IMG/VR virus record: IMGVR_UViG_3300017766_004071
Coordinates: 55,705-75,704 of that record
DNA length: 20,000 bases
From: an uncultured virus (IMG/VR IMGVR_UViG_3300017766_004071)
Taxonomy: Duplodnaviria > Heunggongvirae > Uroviricota > Caudoviricetes
Strand: one strand, 5' to 3'
Part shown: positions 1 to 6,371 of the stretch, piece after piece
How positions within the stretch are numbered: the first letter of the stretch is position 1
Layout of the letters: each line of letters starts with the position of its first letter
Made by a program: the position numbers and the translations under genes
The notes under the pieces: model-generated
What the model was told of the DNA's origin: nothing
Databases searched by the model: none
Seen by the model: the letters and a program-made list of their open reading frames with translations, nothing else

Positions 1-32
1 ATTCCGAACCAAACTTTTTAATAATTTAGTAA

Positions 33-40
33 TATTTATA
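33..40 (+). promoter_or_regulatory. TATTTATA putative phage promoter element upstream of leader 1
   Basis: Same octamer lies 4-14 nt upstream of the start codons at 55, 5165, 11347, 15314 and 18255. Confidence 0.55.
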
Positions 41-54
41 AACAAATAACAAAA

Positions 55-150
55 ATGAGAACATCGATAAACCATATTAGTAATTCAGTACAACCGCAAT
101 TTAAAAATTGTTGGTCAGCGGATTCTTATGGTTCAGGTGGAATCTCGTGA
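55..150 (+). CDS. Leader peptide 1 (31 aa, MRTSINHISNSVQPQFKNCWSADSYGSGGIS), putative attenuator of tRNA block 1
   Basis: ATG after an A-rich leader, TGA at 148-150, terminator follows; codons 4-21 all match block 1 tRNAs. Confidence 0.8.
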   Translation: MRTSINHISNSVQPQFKNCWSADSYGSGGIS

Positions 151-178
151 TGGTAAAAAAGATATTAATTTTTTATAC

Positions 179-211
179 AAACCCTGGACAAAAGACGTTC
201 AGGGTTTTTTT
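179..211 (+). terminator. Intrinsic terminator (attenuator 1)
   Basis: AAACCCTGGAC (179-189) / GTTCAGGGTTT (197-207) stem with T tract; GTTCAGG at 131-137 is an alternative partner for the 5' arm. Confidence 0.85.
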
Positions 212-212
212 G

Positions 213-225
213 TGTTCTTTGACAT
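213..225 (+). promoter_or_regulatory. boxA-like antitermination site
   Basis: TGTTCTTTGACAT resembles rrn boxA (TGCTCTTTAACA); lies just before the first tRNA. Confidence 0.6.
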
Positions 226-241
226 CGTTGGTAAAATATAA

Positions 242-314
242 TCCCCCTTGGTATAAAGGTTGATTACATCAGATTTTGAATCTGAGGATGGTGGTTCAAT
301 TCCATCAGGGGGAA
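242..314 (+). tRNA. trnQ: tRNA-Gln(TTG)
   Basis: TCCCCCT/AGGGGGA acceptor; TCAGA-TTTTGAA-TCTGA anticodon arm; T loop TTCAATT. Confidence 0.92.
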
Positions 315-361
315 CAATTTAAAGTGGTGAAATTTGACCACTTTAAAAAAAATATCAAATC

Positions 362-392
362 TTGGAACTAATAGAACTTAAGGTTGGTTCAT
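362..392 (+). promoter_or_regulatory. ECF-sigma-like promoter GGAACT-N17-GTT(C/T)AT
   Basis: Same bipartite motif with identical 17-nt spacing at 364, 1737 and 10082. Confidence 0.6.
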
Positions 393-432
393 ATAGATGA
401 AAGTTGATTATTAAATTTTAAAATAAAAAATT

Positions 433-708
433 ATGGAACTAGTAAGAAAGGGGGAATCGAGATGTTATGTATTCCGTGAAGAAGACATCCAAAAGGTATA
501 TGATACCATCAAAGAAATTGATAATTTTGAATTTGATTATATGCCTAATAATTGGGTAACAGTTTTCAATAGTAAAGACGTACATAAAAACTATATGGTA
601 TATAATGGTAAATTTGACATTGATGTACCTAAACTGATTGACGAGTGTGGTAAAAGGGGTGTAGGTATCATTGTTAGGTCTACTAATATTCAAGATGATT
701 GTTGGTAA
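433..708 (+). CDS. Hypothetical protein (91 aa)
   Basis: ORF with AT-rich leader downstream of the ECF-like motif. Confidence 0.75.
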   Translation: MELVRKGESRCYVFREEDIQKVYDTIKEIDNFEFDYMPNNWVTVFNSKDVHKNYMVYNGKFDIDVPKLIDECGKRGVGIIVRSTNIQDDCW

Positions 709-726
709 AAAAAACTTGATAAAACA

Positions 727-758
727 TTTGGAAATAAGAATATAGTGTCGTAATTTTG
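727..758 (+). promoter_or_regulatory. Bacteroidota primary-sigma promoter (-33 TTTG / -7 TAnnTTTG)
   Basis: TTTG 727-730, TAATTTTG 751-758, 20-nt spacer. Confidence 0.75.
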
Positions 759-762
759 TGGA

Positions 763-828
763 AGAGTAAGGAAAGGTCGTAGGTAGCACTGTCCACAACC
801 AGCCTTAAACGTGGTGGATACTTACTCT
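763..828 (+). ncRNA. Putative small structured RNA
   Basis: AGAGTAAG/CTTACTCT closing stem, internal TGTCCAC/GTGGATA helix, starts right after a promoter, GC-richer than flanks. Confidence 0.45.
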
Positions 829-858
829 AAATTTTTTCAAACTTAAAATATTAATTTT

Positions 859-1050
859 ATGACTAAAAATCAAATTTTAAATCTTGAAGTTGGGGATGTT
901 ATTCCAAATATGTTTGGTAAACTAAAAAAAGTCACAAGAATTTTACATAAAGGAACTGACATTAATGGAAAAATGTTTGTTTATTTTTACCAAGAATTTG
1001 GGGATAGTAGTGAAATGTCTTCAACTTTAAAAGAAGGTAATCAAATATAA
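859..1050 (+). CDS. Hypothetical protein (63 aa)
   Basis: ORF track; AT-rich leader. Confidence 0.7.
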   Translation: MTKNQILNLEVGDVIPNMFGKLKKVTRILHKGTDINGKMFVYFYQEFGDSSEMSSTLKEGNQI

Positions 1051-1055
1051 ATTAT

Positions 1056-1131
1056 GGTGGGATTGCCAAGTTGGTCAAGGCGAATAGCTGAAGATTATTT
1101 AATGTAGGTTCGATTCCTACTCCCACCACCA
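1056..1131 (+). tRNA. trnF: tRNA-Phe(GAA), CCA encoded
   Basis: GGTGGGA/TCCCACC acceptor; AATAG-CTGAAGA-TTATT. Confidence 0.93.
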
Positions 1132-1146
1132 AACAACTATAAGACA

Positions 1147-1317
1147 ATGAGAAGCAAAACCGTAGATAGATTGCTGAAAAGCACACCGAAAGATGTAGAA
1201 ATCTTTGTGGATTGGTATGCCGACCTGGTGGTTCGCATCAATCAGCTATTGCGTGAAAACGACATCAGCAAAAAGGAACTCGCAGAGAAGATGGACAAAA
1301 AACCATCTGAAATTTAG
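1147..1317 (+). pseudogene. Truncated XRE-family HTH protein (56 aa)
   Basis: RINQLLRENDISKKELAEKMDKKPSEI*KW: TAG falls in the recognition helix; GC-richer codon usage than neighbours. Confidence 0.6.
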
Positions 1318-1330
1318 AAATGGATTATAT

Positions 1331-1403
1331 GAGGTATGAACCCAAATGGAGAGGGACAACATTGTGGATGTTGGTTTAGTGAGTTCGATTCTCATCATAC
1401 CTA
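1331..1403 (+). tRNA. trnH: tRNA-His(GTG)
   Basis: G-1 at 1331; AGGTATG/CATACCT acceptor; CAACA-TTGTGGA-TGTTG; A73. Confidence 0.88.
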
Positions 1404-1415
1404 CTTAAACAAATT

Positions 1416-1502
1416 GGAAAGTTAAGCTCGGCGGCCCGAGTCTACGTCTTGAAAACGATAGGTACAATTGTATTGTATGGGGCTCGACACCTCAGCTTTC
1501 CG
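1416..1502 (+). tRNA. trnS: tRNA-Ser(TGA)
   Basis: GGAAAGT/GCTTTCC acceptor, G73, loop CTTGAAA, long variable arm; atypical T loop CTCGACA. Confidence 0.8.
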
Positions 1503-1511
1503 CAAATATTT

Positions 1512-1584
1512 AGTCCCATAGTTCAATGGATTAGAACCGAACAATACGAATGTTCAAATACCCGTTCAAATCGGGTTGGGACTA
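1512..1584 (+). tRNA. trnR: tRNA-Arg(ACG)
   Basis: AGTCCCA/TGGGACT acceptor; GAACA-ATACGAA-TGTTC. Confidence 0.9.
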
Positions 1585-1592
1585 CAAAACTC

Positions 1593-1715
1593 AGTCTTGT
1601 GGCGGAATGGTAGACGCAGCTGTGATAACTTCGCTGGAAGGTGAATCTCCTTTAAAATATTAGCAGGGTCAATCAGTTCTCAGTTATCGTATAGGTTCAA
1701 ATCCTATCAAGACTA
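1593..1715 (+). ncRNA. Leu-type tRNA scaffold with insert, copy A (123 nt)
   Basis: AGTCTTG/CAAGACT acceptor, Leu-like D arm GGCGGAATGGTAGACGC, T arm; no anticodon arm, insert closed by GATAACT/AGTTATC. Confidence 0.75.
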
Positions 1716-1734
1716 CAAAAAAAAATTTTAAATC

Positions 1735-1765
1735 TTGGAACTAAATGGTGAGAGAAGGGGTTTAT
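1735..1765 (+). promoter_or_regulatory. ECF-sigma-like promoter, copy 2
   Basis: GGAACT 1737-1742, N17, GTTTAT. Confidence 0.6.
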
Positions 1766-1787
1766 GTAAATGAATTTAGAAACAATT

Positions 1788-1874
1788 GGAGGATAAAGTA
1801 ATCAGGGTCGTTACCACCGCCTGCTAAGCGAGTGGCACCAAGTATGGTGTGGGGTTCGTGTCCTCTGTCCTCCG
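1788..1874 (+). tRNA. trnS: tRNA-Ser(GCT)
   Basis: GGAGGAT/GTCCTCC acceptor, G73, loop CTGCTAA, variable arm GCACCA/TGGTGT. Confidence 0.85.
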
Positions 1875-1891
1875 CAAAAAAATATTAATAA

Positions 1892-1957
1892 GATTAGAGC
1901 AGTTGAGTTCATAACTCAAAGGAATGCAGACAGTGGAGATGAGCGACCCACCTAATC
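1892..1957 (+). ncRNA. Putative small structured RNA
   Basis: GATTAG/CTAATC closing stem; hairpins TTGAGTT/AACTCAA and GTGG/CCAC. Confidence 0.4.
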
Positions 1958-1989
1958 ATTTTAAATGAATAAAAAAATATTCCAAAGTG

Positions 1990-2021
1990 TTTGGAAATTA
2001 GAAAATGAAATCGTAATTTTG
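1990..2021 (+). promoter_or_regulatory. Bacteroidota primary-sigma promoter
   Basis: TTTG 1990-1993, TAATTTTG 2014-2021; directly upstream of scaffold B. Confidence 0.75.
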
Positions 2022-2033
2022 TGATACAATAAT

Positions 2034-2181
2034 AGTCCTGTGGCGGAATTGGTAGACGCTATTAAGATAACTAAGGCAGTATATTTTCTCGGAGTAAATA
2101 TGCAAAGTCATAGTGTTGTACAGATTATCCGAGTGACGAGTACATGCTTAATTTTTACAGGTTCGAATCCTGTCAGGACTA
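2034..2181 (+). ncRNA. Leu-type tRNA scaffold with insert, copy B (148 nt)
   Basis: AGTCCTG/CAGGACT acceptor, D and T arms; insert closed by ATTAAG/CTTAAT with two hairpins. Confidence 0.75.
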
Positions 2182-2204
2182 CAAAAAATTAAAAAATAAA
2201 AGTT

Positions 2205-2381
2205 ATGGACACACATTATTGGGTAAGATTTGAGATTAGAATTGAAACTATCAACAATCAATTAACTTCTGATGAACAAAAAGAAATCTTTGACTATATA
2301 AAATCAAGAATTGACGGTAGAGATGACATAGATAGACCTAAAAAGTTGGATTGTTGTTTTGTCAATATGAGGAAATTTTAG
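2205..2381 (+). CDS. Hypothetical protein (58 aa)
   Basis: Read manually (MDTHYWVRFEIRIET...); fills the gap between scaffolds B and C. Confidence 0.6.
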   Translation: MDTHYWVRFEIRIETINNQLTSDEQKEIFDYIKSRIDGRDDIDRPKKLDCCFVNMRKF

Positions 2382-2394
2382 ATAAGTTAAATCA

Positions 2395-2524
2395 AGTCCT
2401 GTGGCGAAAGCTAAGGGTAGAGTGAAGATTGAATGTTCAGACACTCCTTAATACTAGGATTGGAGCGAAAGGTCTAACATAAACAATATGTAGCTTAATA
2501 CGGGTTCGAATCCTGTCAGGACTA
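2395..2524 (+). ncRNA. tRNA scaffold with insert, copy C (130 nt, D arm degenerate)
   Basis: AGTCCTG TGGCG ... GGTTCGAATCCTGT CAGGACT A; insert closed by AAGCTA/TAGCTT. Confidence 0.7.
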
Positions 2525-2551
2525 TTTTTTAAACTATAAAATTAAAATATA

Positions 2552-2764
2552 ATGAACGCAAGAAAAGAAATACTTGGAAAAATAGAAGAGTTTGAAAAAC
2601 GTGTGAAGTATTGGAAAGATAGACAAATAAATTTTAAATGGACAGAAGAAACTATAAAAGAGGGTGACCCATTATTTGTAATGTGTCAAGATTTTGAACA
2701 TTCTTTTAAAGAAAAAATATTACTCTTGCAATGGGTATTAGATTTAATTAAAGATGAAAATTAA
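2552..2764 (+). CDS. Hypothetical protein (70 aa)
   Basis: ORF track. Confidence 0.7.
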   Translation: MNARKEILGKIEEFEKRVKYWKDRQINFKWTEETIKEGDPLFVMCQDFEHSFKEKILLLQWVLDLIKDEN

Positions 2765-2775
2765 AACAAACTAAT

Positions 2776-2952
2776 ATGATAAATAAAATTTCAGCACTTT
2801 TTGCACTTTTAATCGGTATAATGTATTTTTCTTTATTTGCATACGATATAGAATATGACCGAGATTTAATGACTTGGTTTTGGCTATTATTTTCCGAAAT
2901 TTGGTTTATGATTAGTTTACGTTTTTGGATTTTATATGATAAAAATAATTAA
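2776..2952 (+). CDS. Small membrane protein (58 aa)
   Basis: Read manually; two hydrophobic segments. Confidence 0.55.
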   Translation: MINKISALFALLIGIMYFSLFAYDIEYDRDLMTWFWLLFSEIWFMISLRFWILYDKNN

Positions 2953-2955
2953 AAA

Positions 2956-3105
2956 ATGTTAGTAATTATTGGTCTTTTATTTTTGATAATTGGAATCTTA
3001 TTCTTAATTTTGTCTTACAAAACAAAGAACTCAGACTTGTTTATAGTTGGAATTATATTTCTAATTGTTCTTTTGTTTGGATTTATATATGGTTTAATAA
3101 TATAG
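2956..3105 (+). CDS. Small membrane protein (49 aa)
   Basis: Read manually; MLVIIGLLFLIIGILFLILSYK..., two hydrophobic segments. Confidence 0.55.
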   Translation: MLVIIGLLFLIIGILFLILSYKTKNSDLFIVGIIFLIVLLFGFIYGLII

Positions 3106-3178
3106 AGTAGTAGCGCAATTGGTAGCGCACTCGGTTTGGGACCGAGAGATTTTGCAGGTTCGAGTCCTGTCTACTCTA
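3104..3178 (+). tRNA. trnP: tRNA-Pro(TGG)
   Basis: AGAGTAG/CTACTCT acceptor; CTCGG-TTTGGGA-CCGAG. Confidence 0.92.
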
Positions 3179-3186
3179 CAAGATTT

Positions 3187-3263
3187 AGGAAAGTATCCCC
3201 TCAGCCTTATACGCCGTAGAAAGGGTAACTGGTAACATATGGGTTCGAACCCCATCTTTCCTA
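3187..3263 (+). tRNA. Non-canonical tRNA-Ile(TAT)-like RNA without a normal D arm
   Basis: AGGAAAG/CTTTCCT acceptor, A73, normal T arm, 7-nt loop CTTATAC; D-loop-like AACTGGTA lies 3' of the anticodon arm. Confidence 0.65.
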
Positions 3264-3276
3264 CAAAATTATAATA

Positions 3277-3353
3277 CGGCAAGTATACCCTCCGTCTGAT
3301 ACACGGTAGAAAGGTTAATTGGTTACATATAGGTTCGATTCCTATCTTGCCGA
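3277..3353 (+). tRNA. Non-canonical tRNA-Ile(GAT)-like RNA without a normal D arm
   Basis: CGGCAAG/CTTGCCG acceptor, A73, CCGT-CTGATAC-ACGG; same architecture and length (77 nt) as 3187-3263. Confidence 0.65.
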
Positions 3354-3362
3354 CAACAATAA

Positions 3363-3436
3363 GTCTCAGTAACTCAGTGGTTTAGAGTTCTCGACTGTTA
3401 ATCGAGTGGTCGTAGGTTCGAATCCTACCTGGGACG
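3363..3436 (+). tRNA. trnN: tRNA-Asn(GTT)
   Basis: GTCTCAG/CTGGGAC acceptor, G73; CTCGA-CTGTTAA-TCGAG. Confidence 0.94.
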
Positions 3437-3452
3437 CAAATTTTAATAAATT

Positions 3453-3680
3453 ATGGTTAATGTAAAAATTGGTGAATTTAAGGTTGGTGATAAGTTGTTT
3501 ATTGATTATAGTGAAGATAATCCAAACAATAAACACATCGAAATTAGAGCAATTGTGGATATGGAGGTGGTGATTTATTTGGATGACAAAAATAACTACC
3601 ATATGGAACCAATTCATTACTTCAATGTGTTATGTAGATGTCACTCACTTAAAAAAATAACAAATGAAACGGACAATTAG
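3453..3680 (+). CDS. Hypothetical protein (75 aa)
   Basis: ORF track; FKVGDK SH3/KOW-like start. Confidence 0.7.
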   Translation: MVNVKIGEFKVGDKLFIDYSEDNPNNKHIEIRAIVDMEVVIYLDDKNNYHMEPIHYFNVLCRCHSLKKITNETDN

Positions 3681-3819
3681 AAAACCAAGTTCTGCAAAGT
3701 TTTATGAAATGCTTAGAAATAAGTACAACAACTACATTAAGAAACAAGAAAATGAAATGGAAGATTCTACAAATTAGATTCCAACCTAAAAAATTTAATT
3801 AACAATATATAATTTTCAT

Positions 3820-4329
3820 ATGAAAAAAGAGTTTTTATTTAATGATAACATTATTGATTTTGAATTTGACGAAGTAATAGATAAAAAAATAAATGTTAAG
3901 GTATTTCACTATTTCAATAATAATCTTTTATTTGAAAAAATTGATGATAGAATAATTTGTCTTAAAGGTATTGGTAAATTATTCTTTCAAGAAGGATTCC
4001 CAATTTCATTATCTATTTCAAAATTAAAAGAACAAGGGGTTGAGGTTAGTATATTACACGTTGCTGATGAATGTTTAAAAAATGGGTGGTCACCAATCAC
4101 AACATATAATAAATTAAAATCTGACTTTGAAGAAGATATTGACAAAGAAAATCATTATGATTTACATTTATTAAAAAAATTTTGTGAATCAAATTATGAA
4201 GACCAAAGAGAAATGATATTTGAATATCTGTTTAAATGCAAAACTGATGATGTTAGAAATAAAAAAAATGAAAATCCAATAAATTGGTTACAATCACTTG
4301 TAACTAGTGGGGCTAAAAATAAACTTTAA
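3820..4329 (+). CDS. Hypothetical protein with possible AlaRS helical-domain-like motif
   Basis: GKLFFQEGFPISLSISKLKEQGVEV resembles AlaRS FKLYDTYGFPxDLT...ERGxxVD. Confidence 0.55.
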   Translation: MKKEFLFNDNIIDFEFDEVIDKKINVKVFHYFNNNLLFEKIDDRIICLKGIGKLFFQEGFPISLSISKLKEQGVEVSILHVADECLKNGWSPITTYNKLKSDFEEDIDKENHYDLHLLKKFCESNYEDQREMIFEYLFKCKTDDVRNKKNENPINWLQSLVTSGAKNKL

Positions 4330-4338
4330 CAAGAAAAT

Positions 4339-4413
4339 GACCCTGTAGCTTAGCTGGTTTAAAGCACAATACTTTTAATATTGGGAGCGGGAGTTCGAAT
4401 CTCCCCAGGGTCA
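4339..4413 (+). tRNA. trnK: tRNA-Lys(TTT)
   Basis: GACCCTG/CAGGGTC acceptor; CAATA-CTTTTAA-TATTG. Confidence 0.94.
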
Positions 4414-4422
4414 CAACACAAT

Positions 4423-4507
4423 GTCCTTATGGTGTAATGGTTAAACATCCCACTCTTACAAAGTGGAGACGAGAAGTATAATCCTAGTTCGAATCTAGGT
4501 AAGGACA
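4423..4507 (+). tRNA. trnV: tRNA-Val(TAC) with 16-nt variable region
   Basis: GTCCTTA/TAAGGAC acceptor; CCACT-CTTACAA-AGTGG. Confidence 0.88.
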
Positions 4508-4535
4508 CATTAAATGATTTTTAAAATATAAAAAA

Positions 4536-4784
4536 ATGAAAAAAATATTATTTCTTGGTTTGATATCTGTATTATTCCTTAGTTGCAAAAGAGAAGCTAA
4601 AGAAGAAATAGAAACAGATAATACTAATTATAGTGTTGAACTTCTATTTGAAGTTGATGGATGTAAAGTCTATCGATTTTTGGATGGTGAATTCCATTAT
4701 TTCACAACTTGTAATGGTTCTGTAACTCATAAAAGTAATGAAAAAAACTCCAAAGATTTGGAAATACAAACCGTTGTGAAATAA
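4536..4784 (+). CDS. Lipoprotein, DUF4884-like
   Basis: Signal peptide with lipobox FLSC; VELLFEVDGCKVYRFxDG..HYFT motif. Confidence 0.7.
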   Translation: MKKILFLGLISVLFLSCKREAKEEIETDNTNYSVELLFEVDGCKVYRFLDGEFHYFTTCNGSVTHKSNEKNSKDLEIQTVVK

Positions 4785-4790
4785 AGATTT

Positions 4791-4852
4791 GAACAATTAA
4801 GGGACCGAGCCTGCCTACAATTTCGGTGTGAGGTGCTAGTAGGTAATTGTTC
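4791..4852 (+). ncRNA. Putative pseudoknotted small RNA
   Basis: GAACAATTA/TAATTGTTC closing stem; GCCTAC/GTAGGT hairpin whose loop TCGGT pairs with upstream ACCGA. Confidence 0.45.
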
Positions 4853-4856
4853 TTTA

Positions 4857-5011
4857 TGTTATAATAGTACCACGAGGCATCCCATAAGAACTGCTCACTG
4901 CTGTGGTCTTGTTGCTTGTAAACGAATAGCCCAAGGTATAAGTTAGGAAGCTTAACTCAACCTATCCCCCACTGACGAGTGGGGTGAAGTTGGGGGATTA
5001 AAAAAGAAACA
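4857..5011 (+). ncRNA. Putative structured RNA (~155 nt)
   Basis: GC-rich non-coding stretch with ACCACG/TGTGGT, CCCCAC/GTGGGG and ATCCCCC/GGGGGAT helices. Confidence 0.4.
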
Positions 5012-5015
5012 ATAG

Positions 5016-5101
5016 GGTCGGGTGGCCGAGTTGGTTAAGGCACTAGTCTGCAAAACTATCGAATGAAAAATTCATCGTGGGTTCAAATCCCTCCCCGACC
5101 T
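5016..5101 (+). tRNA. trnC: tRNA-Cys(GCA) with long variable arm
   Basis: GGTCGGG/CCCGACC acceptor, U73, loop CTGCAAA, variable hairpin ATGAA/TTCAT. Confidence 0.9.
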
Positions 5102-5164
5102 CAAAAAAAAAGTTCAGTTAGTTATTTTTACTCATTTTGTTGATATTTATATATATATATATAT

Positions 5165-5914
5165 ATGAAATGGAATGATAACGATATTGAAAAATTAATT
5201 GATTTGGTTAATCAAGGATTAAAACCAAATAGTATTGCTGAAATTTTTGGGGTTACGTATAAAACGATAACTAATAAAATGTTTAGATTGGGTTTACAAG
5301 TAGTTTATACAACAAATAAAACTTGTAAAAATTGTGGAAATACATTTGAGTCTTATTTAAGTAAAAACAAATTATTTTGTAATTCATCTTGTTCAACAAC
5401 GTTTAATAATAAAAAACGTAAACATAGTGAAGAAACTAAAAATAAAATATCAAAAACATTAAAAAGTAAACCAACTAAACCAACTAAGCCTACTAAACCT
5501 AAAGTTGGTAAAATAAAAACTTGTAGGATTTGTAATAATAAAGTTATTGAAAAGTACAAAATTGTTTGTACTAATTGTAGGTTAGAGTATTATCAATATT
5601 ATAGACCTTCTTGTACTTTTCAATTTAATGTAAAGGATTATCCACAAGAATTTGATTTAATTTTAATTGAACAATATGGATGGTATTCTCCAACAAATAA
5701 AAAAAATAATTTGGTTGGAGTCACAAAAGACCATAAATATTCAGTGATGGAAGGTTATAGAAATAAAATAGACCCTAATATTTTATCTCATCCAGCAAAT
5801 TGTGAATTACTTTTATTTTCGGATAATTCGTCTAAAAATGGTAAATCGTCTTTAACATTAACCGAATTGCTTGAAAATATTGAAATTTGGAATAAGAAAT
5901 ACGGAAATATTTAA
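5165..5914 (+). CDS. Putative homing endonuclease (HTH, Zn ribbons, NUMOD3-like, HNH-like C terminus)
   Basis: CxxC pairs, KHSEETKNKISKT, TKDH...HPANCELL..NSSK; free-standing between tRNAs. Confidence 0.7.
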   Translation: MKWNDNDIEKLIDLVNQGLKPNSIAEIFGVTYKTITNKMFRLGLQVVYTTNKTCKNCGNTFESYLSKNKLFCNSSCSTTFNNKKRKHSEETKNKISKTLKSKPTKPTKPTKPKVGKIKTCRICNNKVIEKYKIVCTNCRLEYYQYYRPSCTFQFNVKDYPQEFDLILIEQYGWYSPTNKKNNLVGVTKDHKYSVMEGYRNKIDPNILSHPANCELLLFSDNSSKNGKSSLTLTELLENIEIWNKKYGNI

Positions 5915-5942
5915 AAGTTATTATTATCTTTACAAAACATAT

Positions 5943-6017
5943 GGGAATGTAGCTCAATTGGATTAGAGTAGTGGATTCCAGACCCACAGGTTATAGGTTC
6001 GAGTCCTATCGTTCTCG
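5943..6017 (+). tRNA. trnW: tRNA-Trp(CCA)
   Basis: GGGAATG/CGTTCTC acceptor, G73; GTGGA-TTCCAGA-CCCAC. Confidence 0.9.
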
Positions 6018-6048
6018 CAAATTTTATCAACAATTTAAAATACTTATT

Positions 6049-6360
6049 ATGGTAAGGGATTACATAATCGAAACATTAAAGAAAATCAAGGAACACGATG
6101 AGAAGGTGCACAAGTTGTATGATATGGGAGTTGATTTACTTGACTTTAACAATACCACGTCCCAACTTGAGAAGTCTATTCCGACCATCCTCAGAAAAGA
6201 AAAAGACGAATCATACGGATGGATACAGGATTTAGTTGGTTGGTGGTTGTATGAAAATATTGAAAAAAAGATTTGGTATGATGAAATTGAAGTTAATGTT
6301 GAAAGTGTCGAAGATTTTACCGACTATTTATTAAAAGAGTACAGCTCTATTAATGAATAA
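6049..6360 (+). CDS. Hypothetical protein (103 aa)
   Basis: Start moved to ATG 6049 because the track start (5971) lies inside tRNA-Trp. Confidence 0.75.
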   Translation: MVRDYIIETLKKIKEHDEKVHKLYDMGVDLLDFNNTTSQLEKSIPTILRKEKDESYGWIQDLVGWWLYENIEKKIWYDEIEVNVESVEDFTDYLLKEYSSINE

Positions 6361-6371
6361 TCGTTTAAACT

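Noticed and set aside
1315..1317. In-frame TAG in the HTH ORF as evidence of stop-codon recoding
   Set aside because: Long ORFs are intact in code 11, no CTA/TCA suppressor tRNA is seen, and readthrough ends at TGA 1330-1332
4972..5010. Hammerhead ribozyme core (CTGACGA ... GAAAC)
   Set aside because: No stem II forms between the motifs and CTGACGA lies in the CCCCAC/GTGGGG hairpin
5148..5166. (TA)n run before the endonuclease start as a phase-variation switch
   Set aside because: Only one sequence is available, so length variation cannot be shown; may be slippage in an AT-rich leader
5971..6048. N-terminal extension of ORF 5971-6360
   Set aside because: Overlaps tRNA-Trp; ATG 6049 has the typical AT-rich leader
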